A stretch of 64,000 nt of DNA, taken from the NCBI GenBank assembly GCA_000004985.1, contig GG738878.1; one strand, 5' to 3'. Below, piece by piece: positions 12,397 to 23,772 of the stretch. The stretch is from Naegleria gruberi (Eukaryota). Below the pieces are notes generated by a model that worked only from the letters and a program-made list of their open reading frames with translations, did not search any database and was not told where the DNA came from. A program made the position numbers and the translations under genes. Position 1 is the stretch's first letter. Every line of letters starts with the position of its first letter.

Positions 12397-14708
12397 TTAA
12401 ATATTTATTGTTGCCTTCTTCCATTTCATCTTCTTATTATAAAGATGATTATTAATTTCTTCCTGGAGAGAAATTTTATCAGGGCCTTCATATCGTCTAT
12501 TGATATCCTCCTTAACCTTGATAAGCATGTCTCTGTCTTTGAGCTCGTTGACAATGCATTGAATTGCAATGTCATAAATTCTATATTCATTGGCAATCTC
12601 TGCCTTGAGTTCCATTTCAGTTTTCTGGAAGGAAAATGATTGAAGTAAATCTCTAATCATTGGTATTGGAGCTCTGAATAACTTCAATACTTGCATAACA
12701 TTGTAAATATTGAGAATTGAGTTTGAATCAGCTCTGTTTGGTTTTCCTGTTAGCAATTTCATAAATCCACTATTTCCCTTTTGCATTTTCATATCGTAGG
12801 CAGAACAATAACAAAGGCCATCCTTTTGTGCCTTTGAATAGGCAATCATTACCCCCTTCCAATCACCAATTCTACTTCTTGCAACAATGGCATCATAAAA
12901 AAATCTATGTTGTGAGAGGTCAAAAAATTTGGCCAATGTTCTAGGACAAGCAATTTGATCATCTGGAGCAGCATTGTGATAGAATAGGCAGTATTTCATA
13001 GTCTCAGATAAAGTACTTCCATAAATTGGGAACTTTTTGTACTGTTTGAATATTGGATGTTTTCCTGAAAGAGCAATTGAATTATCTTGTTCATCAATTT
13101 TAAGTTGTTTTGCTGTTAAATGAATTAAATTGGCAGTGGCAATACTGAGCTCTTCTGCACAATCTAGAGAATATTTGTTAGATTTAAACCCAACTGGATT
13201 ATCAATAGCTTGTGCATTCTTTTGAATAAAAGAAAGACAATGTTCCAATGAATCCATCTTTTCGTATGGCTATTTAAATATTAGGTTCCTGAATTCAATT
13301 ATTTGATAATACTTACATCAGTAATTGTGATTGCCATCTTGTATTGAAGCAAAGCTTCATCTCTAATCATGTTATTGAATTTGTAAACCCTTTGAAGAGT
13401 TTTGTTGTCTCCAAGTTTCTTGAGGAATGAAATATAGGTCAAGACGAAAAATCCTGTCTCCCTATCAGCTTCAATTAAAACCTCCATGAAAGATCTAAAT
13501 GCCAGAGATTGTTCAATTGAAATTATTACTGGAATAATGACATCATAATTTCTTCCACAACTCTTCAAAAGAGCTACCTTTTGCTTTGACTCTCTGAGTC
13601 TTCTTAAATTACACCAGGCATCCAATTCTCTTTCTTGATTGGAAAATTGATCATTAGATCTATATTTATATTCATAATCCTCATCCAATGACTCGTTAAT
13701 TAATTCCTCCTCCTCATCAATTACCTCTTTATAAACTGGTGGCTTGGTAACTTTTCTTTTCTTTACCTTATCCAAGACAACCTTATTCAATTCATTAGAT
13801 TCAAGTCCTTCTCTAATTAAATCTCCCAAAGTTTTCACAACAACCTTCTCCTCCTCAAAGTAATCATCATATTTAGAGGAAGCGCTTTTTGGAGTTTCAC
13901 TAACAAAATCCTCCAATGAATTATTGGAATGTTCCAATTCCTTTCTGAGCTTGTGATTTTCCTCTTCCAATTTGAATAATTGTTTCTTTAATTGTTCGAA
14001 ATGTTCAAATGAAAATTCAAATTCCCTTGTTTGTCTCTTTTCTGATTTTTCAGTAGATTTAACAACCATTGGAGTTTCACTTTTTTCATTAACTACTACT
14101 GCTTTTGGAGAAATATTTAAAGATCCACTTGAAGGCACACGTGTTGGCAGAGGTTTAGTACTACCCACTGATGCTTCATTCATTGGTTGTTGTTGTTGTT
14201 GTTGATGTGAATTAGGAGGAGGTGTAGTTGATGTTTTTGATGAAGGAGGAACTGTTGGTAAATTCTTCTTATTATTTGCTTGAGGTGTCATTGGTAAACT
14301 CTTTGAAGGAATTGGAGGCTGTGTTGGAAGATTATTGATGAATGAATCGACATCGAATGGTTCAGCAGAGGCCTTACTGTTATTATTATGTTGTTGTTGT
14401 TGTTGATTATTTGTAATTATATTATTGGATGAAGAATTTTGTTTGTTACTAGTCGATGTAGTGGTGGTGAGGGAAGAAGGAAGAGGAGGCAATGAAGATA
14501 ATCGTGATGATGAACTATCAGGAGTTTCAATATGATCGTACAAATCTTCGGAATTAATAGAGAAGAAATTGGAGGCTGTTTCTGTAGCTGTTGATGAATC
14601 TGTAGTTGCTTCTTGGGATGATTGGAATTTACCTCCAGAGAGAAGCAAGATGGGATCATCGTCCTCTACTCTCTTTTGCATTTCACGCTTCTTACTCACC
14701 CAAGACAT
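12397..14708 (-). CDS. Hypothetical protein of about 770 aa with a Pro/Ser/Gln-rich low-complexity N-terminus and a coiled coil. Two exons, 14708..13317 and 13269..12397, with a 47-nt intron.
   Basis: The minus-strand ORF ends ...MAITITD followed by GTAAGT. The acceptor ...ttaaatag restores the frame into PYEKMDSLEHC..., which is the second ORF. Codon usage is coding-like. Confidence 0.55.
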
Positions 14709-14904
14709 TTTTTGATTATAATTTAAATATAATTATTATTAAAATTATAAATTATTTAAATATTGATTTTTCCCGGTTGACATGAAATTGGTTTCGTATT
14801 GCACATTTTCCATAATTATAGCATTCCACATTCTCTCTTAGTTATAAATTTATTATTTAACAAAGCAATGTACAAGTGCCATGATGGCAGTTTATTTCCT
14901 CAGC

Positions 14905-15544
<640 letters not shown>

Positions 15545-15872
15545 TTAGGGGCTTTTTTTCCTATGAGTTTTATGCTGCGTGAGGTATCTCTAAAGTTATT
15601 GTAATCGGAATTGTACTTTATTTTTGGCGTACTTTTCATTTTGTGTCTGGAAACAAAAAGCGACCAATGCAAGCCAATTTCCTTGCTGAATGATGAACAA
15701 TGGAAGACAACTTCAACCATAATGTTAACTACAAGTTACATTAATACAATGGATGAACATTCCGATGATGGTAGATAACACCATCCATCTTGATCTGATT
15801 ATCAACTCCTATTATCAACTAATTCGATTAATCGATCTTTGAACCATAAAAATCTTCAAGCCTTCGACCCTG

Positions 15873-17928
15873 ATGACAATAAAAAATATGAAAACTTCTT
15901 CCACATTTGCCTCCTCAAGCAATAAGTCTTCCTTATCATCAATGCGAGGAAGTGGATTGAATAAATTATTTTGTAGTAATAATGATTATTATCGGAAAAG
16001 TGTTTGGATATTTGTGTTGATTTGTTCGGTATGGATGATCATGATTGGAAGTGGAGTGGATGCATATAGAATTAATTTTGATGAAAGTCATGGGAGTGTA
16101 AGTGTTCTTTTTTGATCTTTGTGTGGAAAGAGAGATTTATCAATATTTGTGGAATTTTCAAATTATTTAGTTTACTTCGGATGTAACTCAGGGAAAATTA
16201 TTGGATGAATATGAATTGGGAATGTATGCTAGAGAGGATCTTCCATTGAGAGTTTTAACAAGACCCATTGCTAATGGTGACACATTTGTTCAAGTTTATT
16301 GTAAGTACACTATTTAATGATACAATATATTTACGAGGTTTTTTTAGTAAATGTTAAACAATCAAGCATTCCAACTCCTGATACCAAATTAGTTCTCATT
16401 GTTGCTAACAGTGAGATACTTGCAACTGGTTTTAAGAAGGATCAGAAAGTATGTAATAATTATTAATTCTGTTTGGATCTGATTGAAATTATATTTTAGA
16501 ATGAATATTTGTGTGGAGACGAAGGATTAGTTCCAACTTCTCAAAGCACACTCGATGATGATGGAATTTTATATTACAAATATTTCAGTGGAGATGAAGT
16601 AATTGATGAGAATTTCGAAGTGCCATTAACAGGTCTCTACCAATACAAATTATTCTACTGTCCTGCCACTAACCCAACTAAGGAAAGACCAAAGTCTGGT
16701 GAAGCCAATTTCAAAATGAATGGTTACATTCAATTCATCAATCCATATGGTCACTTGCCAGGTCAATATTTCTTCTTCTTGCCAGTATGTATATTTGCTT
16801 AATATTTTCCTAATAATTCAATTCCAGTTCCAAGCATTCATGACAATTGCTTATATTGTTTTTGCTGTCCTTTGGTTTTTGGCCTCTATTTTCAATAGAA
16901 AGGAATTCTTAACTCTCCAATTCTACATTACTATTGTCTTGATGAGTTGTTTAGCAGAAGCTTTGATTGTCTATTTTGATTACTTTTTAACTAACAAAAT
17001 TGGAAGTCGTAACTTTGTTGTTCAACTTTGCTCAATGGTTATGACTGTCATTAGAAAGACTTGGACTAGACTCATCATTTTGGTGGTTTGTTCAGGATAC
17101 TCAAGTGCCACAAAGGAGGAGGATGATGAATCATCTGAAAATACCTCTTCTCAAAAGAAAGTAACAACAACCATGATCATTATTTATTCAGTTATATTTG
17201 CAATTTCATGCTCAGTTTCAGAATTTGGAGAATTTTTATTCTTTAGAGAGCTCATTTCACACACTCAATATTTGATCTCCATGGTTCCAACATCCTGCTT
17301 GGATTTCTTCTTCTATGTCTGGGCTCTTTACTTGCTCTACCATACTATGAAGATGTACAAGCCTTCAAATCCAAAAGCTGTCACTGCCAGAGAAAGGGCT
17401 TCCCCAGAATGGAAACATGCAGTTGCCAATAACCACTACTTCTACTTGTATAGAAGATTAATGTTTGCCATGATTATTTACGCTTGGACTGTGCTTATTT
17501 TCTTAGTTCTCCAATTCTTCTACGAATATGGTCAATACTACAGAAGTGCTTGGTATTTGAACTGGCTTTTTGACTCTGCATCTTACCAAATTGCATTCTT
17601 TGCCTTCTTTGTTTTAGTTGGTTTATTGTACAGACCTGCCAAACACAACTCACTTTACTTACATTCTGAACAACTCCCAACTGATGAATTGGATGCTGAT
17701 ATGATGCTAAAGGAAGGTACTGGTCTCGAATATCAAAGTGACGATAGTGATGAAAAGGATGTAGAAATGATGATGATGCAAAATAATGAGCCAATATCTA
17801 ACGATGACGAATCTGACTCTAAGGAAAGCAGAAAGAGTCAAGAAAAACTTGTATTCTCTGAAGATCATGAAACCCCAACAAGTACAACTCCTGCAGTTGA
17901 GAAGGTTGAGACCACCACTCAACAATAA
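15873..17928 (+). CDS. Lung seven-transmembrane receptor family protein (GPR107/GPR108/TMEM87-like), about 613 aa. Five exons: 15873..16097, 16171..16300, 16348..16448, 16500..16784 and 16828..17928.
   Basis: Four introns have GTAAGT/GTATGT donors and AG acceptors that all keep the frame (phases 0,1,0,0). The lumenal domain is followed by 7 TM helices (FQAFMTIAYIVFAVLWFLASIF..., LQFYITIVLMSCLAEALIVYFDYF... and so on) and an acidic C-tail, matching the GPR107 architecture. Confidence 0.7.
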
Positions 17929-17939
17929 CTGTAAATAAA

Positions 17940-19679
17940 TTATTTATTATTTTCCTTCTCATTCTGGTAATTATTTATTGTTATGAAAAGTTTGTTGACG
18001 AGCCAATCAACAAGTGGTGAATGGGATTGCATATCTTTGAGTATCTTTTCTAATTCTTCTCCACTTCTTTTATCTTCACAATCTAGAATTCTTTCGAATA
18101 AATCTCCCATATTGGAAAGAACAAGATCTGACTTACTATGATCAAAATGGAGCTTGTCATCCTTAATAGTGACATAACCAAGCTTTTCGTAAATCTTATA
18201 AGTACTTATTGCTGAGATTATGTATGGTCTCAAACTTGACTTGTCAAACATGGCAAATCGTCTAAAATCTTGCATTGCAAAGGAGGCAAGTGATCTTGAC
18301 AACTCCTCAGATGAAATGTGACCATTCTTGTGGAGGAGCCTCATAGTAAAGAGTGCAGTAAGTTCAGCTCTTGGTTCTTCGAGGAGAGATTTAGTATCAA
18401 CCTTGATGTGTTCCTTAATGAACTCCAAGTTGTAAATTGCATGGCCAATTTCATGAGCAGCAATGTGATTCTTAATTGTATCGATGGTATTAATGTAGGA
18501 AGCAAGTTCTTCACTATTTTCACAGACCTTATTGACTAAACTGATGGTTTGGTGTCGTCTGGATTCGGTTGCTACTGGATCGAAATAAATCTTTACACCC
18601 TTCTTATTCTTTACTTCAGTTCTATTAGGAATGGATTGTCCAGAGAATTTAAAAGACAAGGATTGACCACAATGGAAAGGAATTGAATAAATGGAACACA
18701 TTGAGTTTTCGACAGCATAAATTCCATTGTCAGCAATTTCAGTATTTCTTGATTTGAAGTATTCAACCATTGATCCTTGAACTTTGGTCTTGATAAAATT
18801 GTTGGTTGATTCGTATTCTTCATCTACAAGACGGCAGCTGAAATCAGGAATACTCTTACATCTCAAAACATCTCCATATCCATACTCAATATCGTGAACA
18901 TATTGAATGTATGATTTCACATCCATCCACAATTCATCCAATTCAGTATTGAGTGTTTCCAATTTTTCTTTATCAGTTTCAATCAAAGTTTCTCTATATT
19001 TTTCAATATATTTAATATAAGCTTCCAAATCTTCATAATTTTCTCCACTATTTCTCAATGAATACAAATCATTCAATAATTCAGAAAATTGATTAATAAT
19101 TGGAGCAAATTCATTCTTGAAAAATTCACCATAAGAAACATCATAAAACTCATTAGTGGCCTCGTCCAACAAGATAATAGTATAAGAATTTGTTAATTTC
19201 CTATCAATAGTTGAAGCTCTCTTTTCCAATTCTTCAGCAACCTTATTTCCTTGAACTGCCTTCATCCACTTGACATAGAACGGATGATACTGTCCAGAAA
19301 TCATAGCAGCATGACGTAACAATGCACTATCAAACTTATTAAACAAATGATCAACTCCAGAATCCTTTTCCAAAGCCAAATATACAAAATCTCTTGCCAA
19401 TTGTTGTCTCTTATTACAAACATCAACAATTTTATAAAACTCTTCTGTAAAATCGGTAATTCCCTCAAAATTCTGATGAATAGCAGCTTGTGCTACAAGT
19501 GATTGTTTTTCCTCTCCGAGAATATTCAAGTCTTGTTGGAAATCTTGATGAGTAGCAAAGATTTCATCTGTAACCGAAACAATTTTCTTCAATAGGGGAA
19601 TTCGGGAGAGATTGGAAAAGCCTGATTTATATTGATTGAAAAGGGATTTGGAGGATTGAAGCAAAAGTGATGACGCCAT
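17940..19679 (-). CDS. Putative zinc metallopeptidase (HExxH gluzincin-like), 579 aa.
   Basis: AAHEIGHAIYNLEF is an HEIGH zinc-binding motif with a downstream Glu-containing stretch (EEPRAELTALF). The family is not assigned. Its stop lies only 11 bp from the stop of the convergent upstream gene. Confidence 0.5.
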   Translation of the reverse strand: MASSLLLQSSKSLFNQYKSGFSNLSRIPLLKKIVSVTDEIFATHQDFQQDLNILGEEKQSLVAQAAIHQNFEGITDFTEEFYKIVDVCNKRQQLARDFVYLALEKDSGVDHLFNKFDSALLRHAAMISGQYHPFYVKWMKAVQGNKVAEELEKRASTIDRKLTNSYTIILLDEATNEFYDVSYGEFFKNEFAPIINQFSELLNDLYSLRNSGENYEDLEAYIKYIEKYRETLIETDKEKLETLNTELDELWMDVKSYIQYVHDIEYGYGDVLRCKSIPDFSCRLVDEEYESTNNFIKTKVQGSMVEYFKSRNTEIADNGIYAVENSMCSIYSIPFHCGQSLSFKFSGQSIPNRTEVKNKKGVKIYFDPVATESRRHQTISLVNKVCENSEELASYINTIDTIKNHIAAHEIGHAIYNLEFIKEHIKVDTKSLLEEPRAELTALFTMRLLHKNGHISSEELSRSLASFAMQDFRRFAMFDKSSLRPYIISAISTYKIYEKLGYVTIKDDKLHFDHSKSDLVLSNMGDLFERILDCEDKRSGEELEKILKDMQSHSPLVDWLVNKLFITINNYQNEKENNK

Positions 19680-19780
19680 TTTTTTTAATAAATTATTTAT
19701 ATTTTATTAATACTTTACAATGCAGTATTTAAATATATTTAATGTTTAGCTATGGACAAGGTAGTATTTAAAGATGATGA

Positions 19781-21206
19781 TTATTGAATGAGATCAGAGA
19801 TGGCTCTTTGAATATCACCTTCATACCTATTCAATAAGGTAATATTAAGAATGTGATTGGTGAAACCCATTTGATTCAATAATTTCAATTCTTTTTGATA
19901 TTTGTGTGGAATGGTTGTTTTCACAACTGGTTCTTCTTCTTCATCAGGAATTGATTCAATAATTGGATCTTGATTTTCAAGATTTTGATTGGAAACTTGT
20001 TGAGCTTGTTGTTGATTGACTGATTCATTTTCTTCTTGAGAAGCAATTGTTTCTTGTTGAATTTGTTCAACGACTGATTCAATTGGTTGATCTTCAATTA
20101 AATTGGAGAGAAGCAATGAAGTGGTCATTGTTGGAGTATTTTCAGTAACAATTTCTTAGTTCTTGAATTGGTTCTTCTTCTTTTGGTTGAGAAACAACAA
20201 TTGCAGATGGAGAAGTTTGAATTGGTTTCTCTTCTTGTTTCTTTTCTTGAGTTTGTGATTGTTGACTCTTTTGCTCTTCTTCTCTCATTTCCTTCATTCT
20301 TTGAAGTAATAATTCTCTGAATGATTGAGGTGTAGTTTCCTTCTTTTCTTTCTTTGTTTCTTCCTTTTCTGGTTGTTGTTGTTGTTGAGCAGCTTCATTA
20401 CTTGTTGGAATTCCCAAAAGATCAGCAAGACTAATTTCAATTCTTCTCACTTTTGGTTTTGTTTGAGGAGTGGAAGCAGAAACTTGTGGAAAGAATGATT
20501 GTTTTGGTTGAGCTGGATTTTCATTTGAGAAGGCAGATCTAAATGCCTTTTCAATCATATTTTCCCAAGATTGTTCTGCTTGTTGTTGAGGAGATTGTTT
20601 CTTTTGAGATTCAACTCTTGGTTGTTGGAATTGAGCAAATAAACATGCTGATGGTGATGCTTGTGAAATTCTATTGAAGGCAATATGTTGTTGAGGATAT
20701 TGTTGAGGATATGCTTGTTGTTGTGGTGATTTGATTGATTTCTTTTCACAAATAATCTTGGTCAATTTTCCTTTCATTAATTTCAACATGAATTGGAAAT
20801 CTCTTAAATTGGTCAATGAAACCAAATCATCTTCATCATCAACATAATGTAATTCAAATTGTCTCCTATCAATGGAATGTTCTCTCAAAACTCTATCAAA
20901 TAATTCGAAACTTCTCTCATGATTAGAATCAATTTCAAATCTCAAAACATTTGAAGCACTATTCAAATTGTGATTGAATTTTCCTTCAAAAACATAAATT
21001 TTGAATGGAACATTTCTTTCAACTTGTCTTGTTTGTGGAGAAATCAAAAGTGGAATTTTCTTTACATTATTTGCAAAATGTTGAGTTGGATAATCATTGA
21101 ATGATGAAGTTTCTCTCAAATTTGGATAAGAAACTTGTCTTGGAATAGTTTGTTGTTGAGGTTGGAAAGCAGCTGCAGTAGAAATTGGAATGTGGATGAA
21201 ACTCAT
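19781..21206 (-). pseudogene. PB1-UBA protein (p62/SQSTM1-like), frameshifted paralog of the gene at 46540..47979. It is split into ORFs 20142..21206 and 19781..20128.
   Basis: Alignment to the intact copy shows an 11-nt deletion (copy 2 caagaacAAGTGAAGGAGAAAGaaattg versus copy 1 caagaacTAAGaaattg) plus a 3-nt in-frame indel. Otherwise the two copies are about 97% identical. Confidence 0.55.
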
Positions 21207-21876
21207 TTTGATTTGGTTGATTGATATTTAGTAGTAGTATTATTTACACTTCTTAATATTCAGATTTTGTACACAAAATTTGACAAGTAGTTTAAAAGAC
21301 TAGTTGTTGATGTTAATTAATTTTTTTTCTTATTGTTTTGCTTTCACATTTTTCACTCTTGATCTATTTATAGTTTTGATAAGGAAAATAATTTGAACGT
21401 GCTCAATACTTTGTACTCACAACAAGCGCAGTTATTTTTGTCGATTGAGTGAAGAACTCACAAATTCTTAATGTGTGATTGAAGGAAAGGAACCCACGGA
21501 ATTTCATACGGAATGTTATTTTTATCTTCGGAAGCAGAAATTTCCTTACTCGATTAAACTCAAGGAAACCAAAACAATCAAATGATAACATTCTTCCAAT
21601 CATTCAGTAAGGAAGTCATCAAAATTACACCCCATGTTTTTACCTCCCTCTGCCCTCAATGTTATTGTTCTGTTCAATTCTTGCTTGGATGGAATAATAA
21701 TGGAGGAGGATAGGAATCTACATCTTTAACGGTCATTCTTTCATACTTTCAATCTCAGTACTGAAGATTGATCCGTTTTGTTTGAAGAAATGAACATTAT
21801 TCTATAACTTATCAAAGTGTTACTAAGGGATGAGAGAAAAATTTCAAACTGGGGATCTGGAAAGCTTAAACTTCAC

Positions 21877-23154
21877 TCAATATAATCCCTTATATGTAAG
21901 TGATGTTAATTGTTTCATTTCCCTTATATATTTGACTCCTTCATCACCAATTCGATTGGCACGAATATTAAGTGATATCAACTGTTTCATTTCACTTATC
22001 AATTTGGTTCCTTCATCACCAATTTGATTGTAAGAAATATCAAGTGATTTTAATTGTTTCATTTCACTCATAGATTTGGCTCCTTCATCACCAATTCGAT
22101 TGCCAGAAATATTAAGTGATGTTAATTGTTTCATTTCACTTATTAATTTGGCTCCTTCATCACCAATTTGATTGTTAGAAATATCAAGTGATGTTAATTG
22201 TTTCATTTCACTTATCAATTTGACTCCTTCACCACCAATTTGATTGTTAGAAATATTAAGTGATGTTAATTGTTTCATTTCACTTATCAATTTGGCTCCT
22301 TCATCACCAATTAGATTGTCAGAAATATTAAGTGATGTTAATTGTTTCATTTCACTTATAAACTTGGCTCCTTCTACACCAATTAGATTGTCAGAAATAT
22401 CAAGTGATGTTAATTGTTTCATTTCACTTATGAATTTGGCTCCTTCACCACCAATTTGAGTGAAACCAATATTAAGTGATGTTAATTGTCTGGTTTCACT
22501 TATCAATTTGGCTCCTTCATCACCAATTTCATTTTCACAAATATTAAGTGATATCAACTGTTTCATTTCACTTAGATATTTGGCCCCTTCTACACCAATT
22601 CGATTGCAACAAATATTAAGTGATGTTAATTGTTTCATTTCACTTATCAATTTGGCTCCTTCATCACCAATTAGATTGTCAGAAATATTAAGTGATGTTA
22701 ATTGTTTCATTTCACTTATCAATTTGGCTTCTTCATCACCAATTTCATTTTTACCAATATTGAGTGATATCAACTGTTTCATTTCACTTATCAATTTGGC
22801 TTCATCACCAATTCCATTGCCAGAAATATCAAGTGATGTCAATTGTTTCATTTTGCTAATGAATTTGGCTTCTTCAAAAGAATCAAGCAACCAATCAGAA
22901 TATGTAACATTAACAATACAATTCATAAATTGACTTTTCAAAAATAATTGAACTCGTGTCTTTGTAAATTTTTTGTTAAATTGAATAGCAAGTTTTGAAC
23001 GTTCCTTGATCACATTAAAGAATTGTTTTGAAATCAAGGAACAATTATTTAAAATAAACCATGAATCATCAATCATGGAAATTATTTCAAAACAAATGTC
23101 ATCTGAAAATATTTCTTGTTCCACTTTCACACCCTTTTTTACTTTCTCTTCCAT
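21877..23154 (-). CDS. F-box-like protein with about 13 ribonuclease-inhibitor-type leucine-rich repeats (LRR paralog 1).
   Basis: F-box-like segment DDICFEIISMIDDSWFILNNCSLISKQFFNVIKE. The 24-aa repeats have consensus LTSLNISxNxIGDEGAKLISEMKQ, each encoded by a 72-bp unit. The N-terminus is truncated relative to the paralogs by a stop upstream of the MEEK start. Confidence 0.7.
   Translation of the reverse strand: MEEKVKKGVKVEQEIFSDDICFEIISMIDDSWFILNNCSLISKQFFNVIKERSKLAIQFNKKFTKTRVQLFLKSQFMNCIVNVTYSDWLLDSFEEAKFISKMKQLTSLDISGNGIGDEAKLISEMKQLISLNIGKNEIGDEEAKLISEMKQLTSLNISDNLIGDEGAKLISEMKQLTSLNICCNRIGVEGAKYLSEMKQLISLNICENEIGDEGAKLISETRQLTSLNIGFTQIGGEGAKFISEMKQLTSLDISDNLIGVEGAKFISEMKQLTSLNISDNLIGDEGAKLISEMKQLTSLNISNNQIGGEGVKLISEMKQLTSLDISNNQIGDEGAKLISEMKQLTSLNISGNRIGDEGAKSMSEMKQLKSLDISYNQIGDEGTKLISEMKQLISLNIRANRIGDEGVKYIREMKQLTSLTYKGLY
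21890..22830 (-). repeat. Tandem array of about 13 near-identical 72-bp units (the coding LRR modules of paralog 1).
   Basis: Visible 72-nt periodicity, for example the recurring gtgatgttaattgtttcatttcacttatcaatttggctccttcatcaccaatt. Confidence 0.8.
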
Positions 23155-23772
23155 ATTATTATTATTAAAATTGTTAGTGAATATTATTTGTTAAATATCT
23201 CCTCCGAATTAATGAATTGCTGATTTTCAAATTCTTATTTTTTTTTAAATGAGAAAATTTACACAGTTCGGACGATCATATGTTTTTTTAATAAATATTT
23301 AATATTTACTATTAGATGTAATTAGAAAAGTTGGGATAGGAAGATAGGAACTATTGTGCTTTGAAATATTTACATGAACCAATTTTATTCACCGAGTACA
23401 AATCAAACAATATTATATTGAATAATAAGAAAGATAGGGAAAACAATTTGAACGTGCTCAATACTTTGAATCACAACACAAATCCAGATTTATTGAATTG
23501 TTCTTTGCAGATTAAGTAAGAACTCACAATTTGTTAATGTGTATGAAAGGAACTTACAAAATTTCACACGGAATTTTATGTTTATCTTCAGGCAGAAATT
23601 TCCTTACTAGATTAAACTACCCATTCTATAACAAAAATAACAAAATCACATTCCGTATGAAATTCCAATCAAGTGATAACATTGATAAGTTATAGAATAA
23701 TGTTCATTTCTTCAAATACAAGCAAGAGTCTTTAAAGCTAAGATTGGGAAGGTCTTCACTCAATTTAATCCC

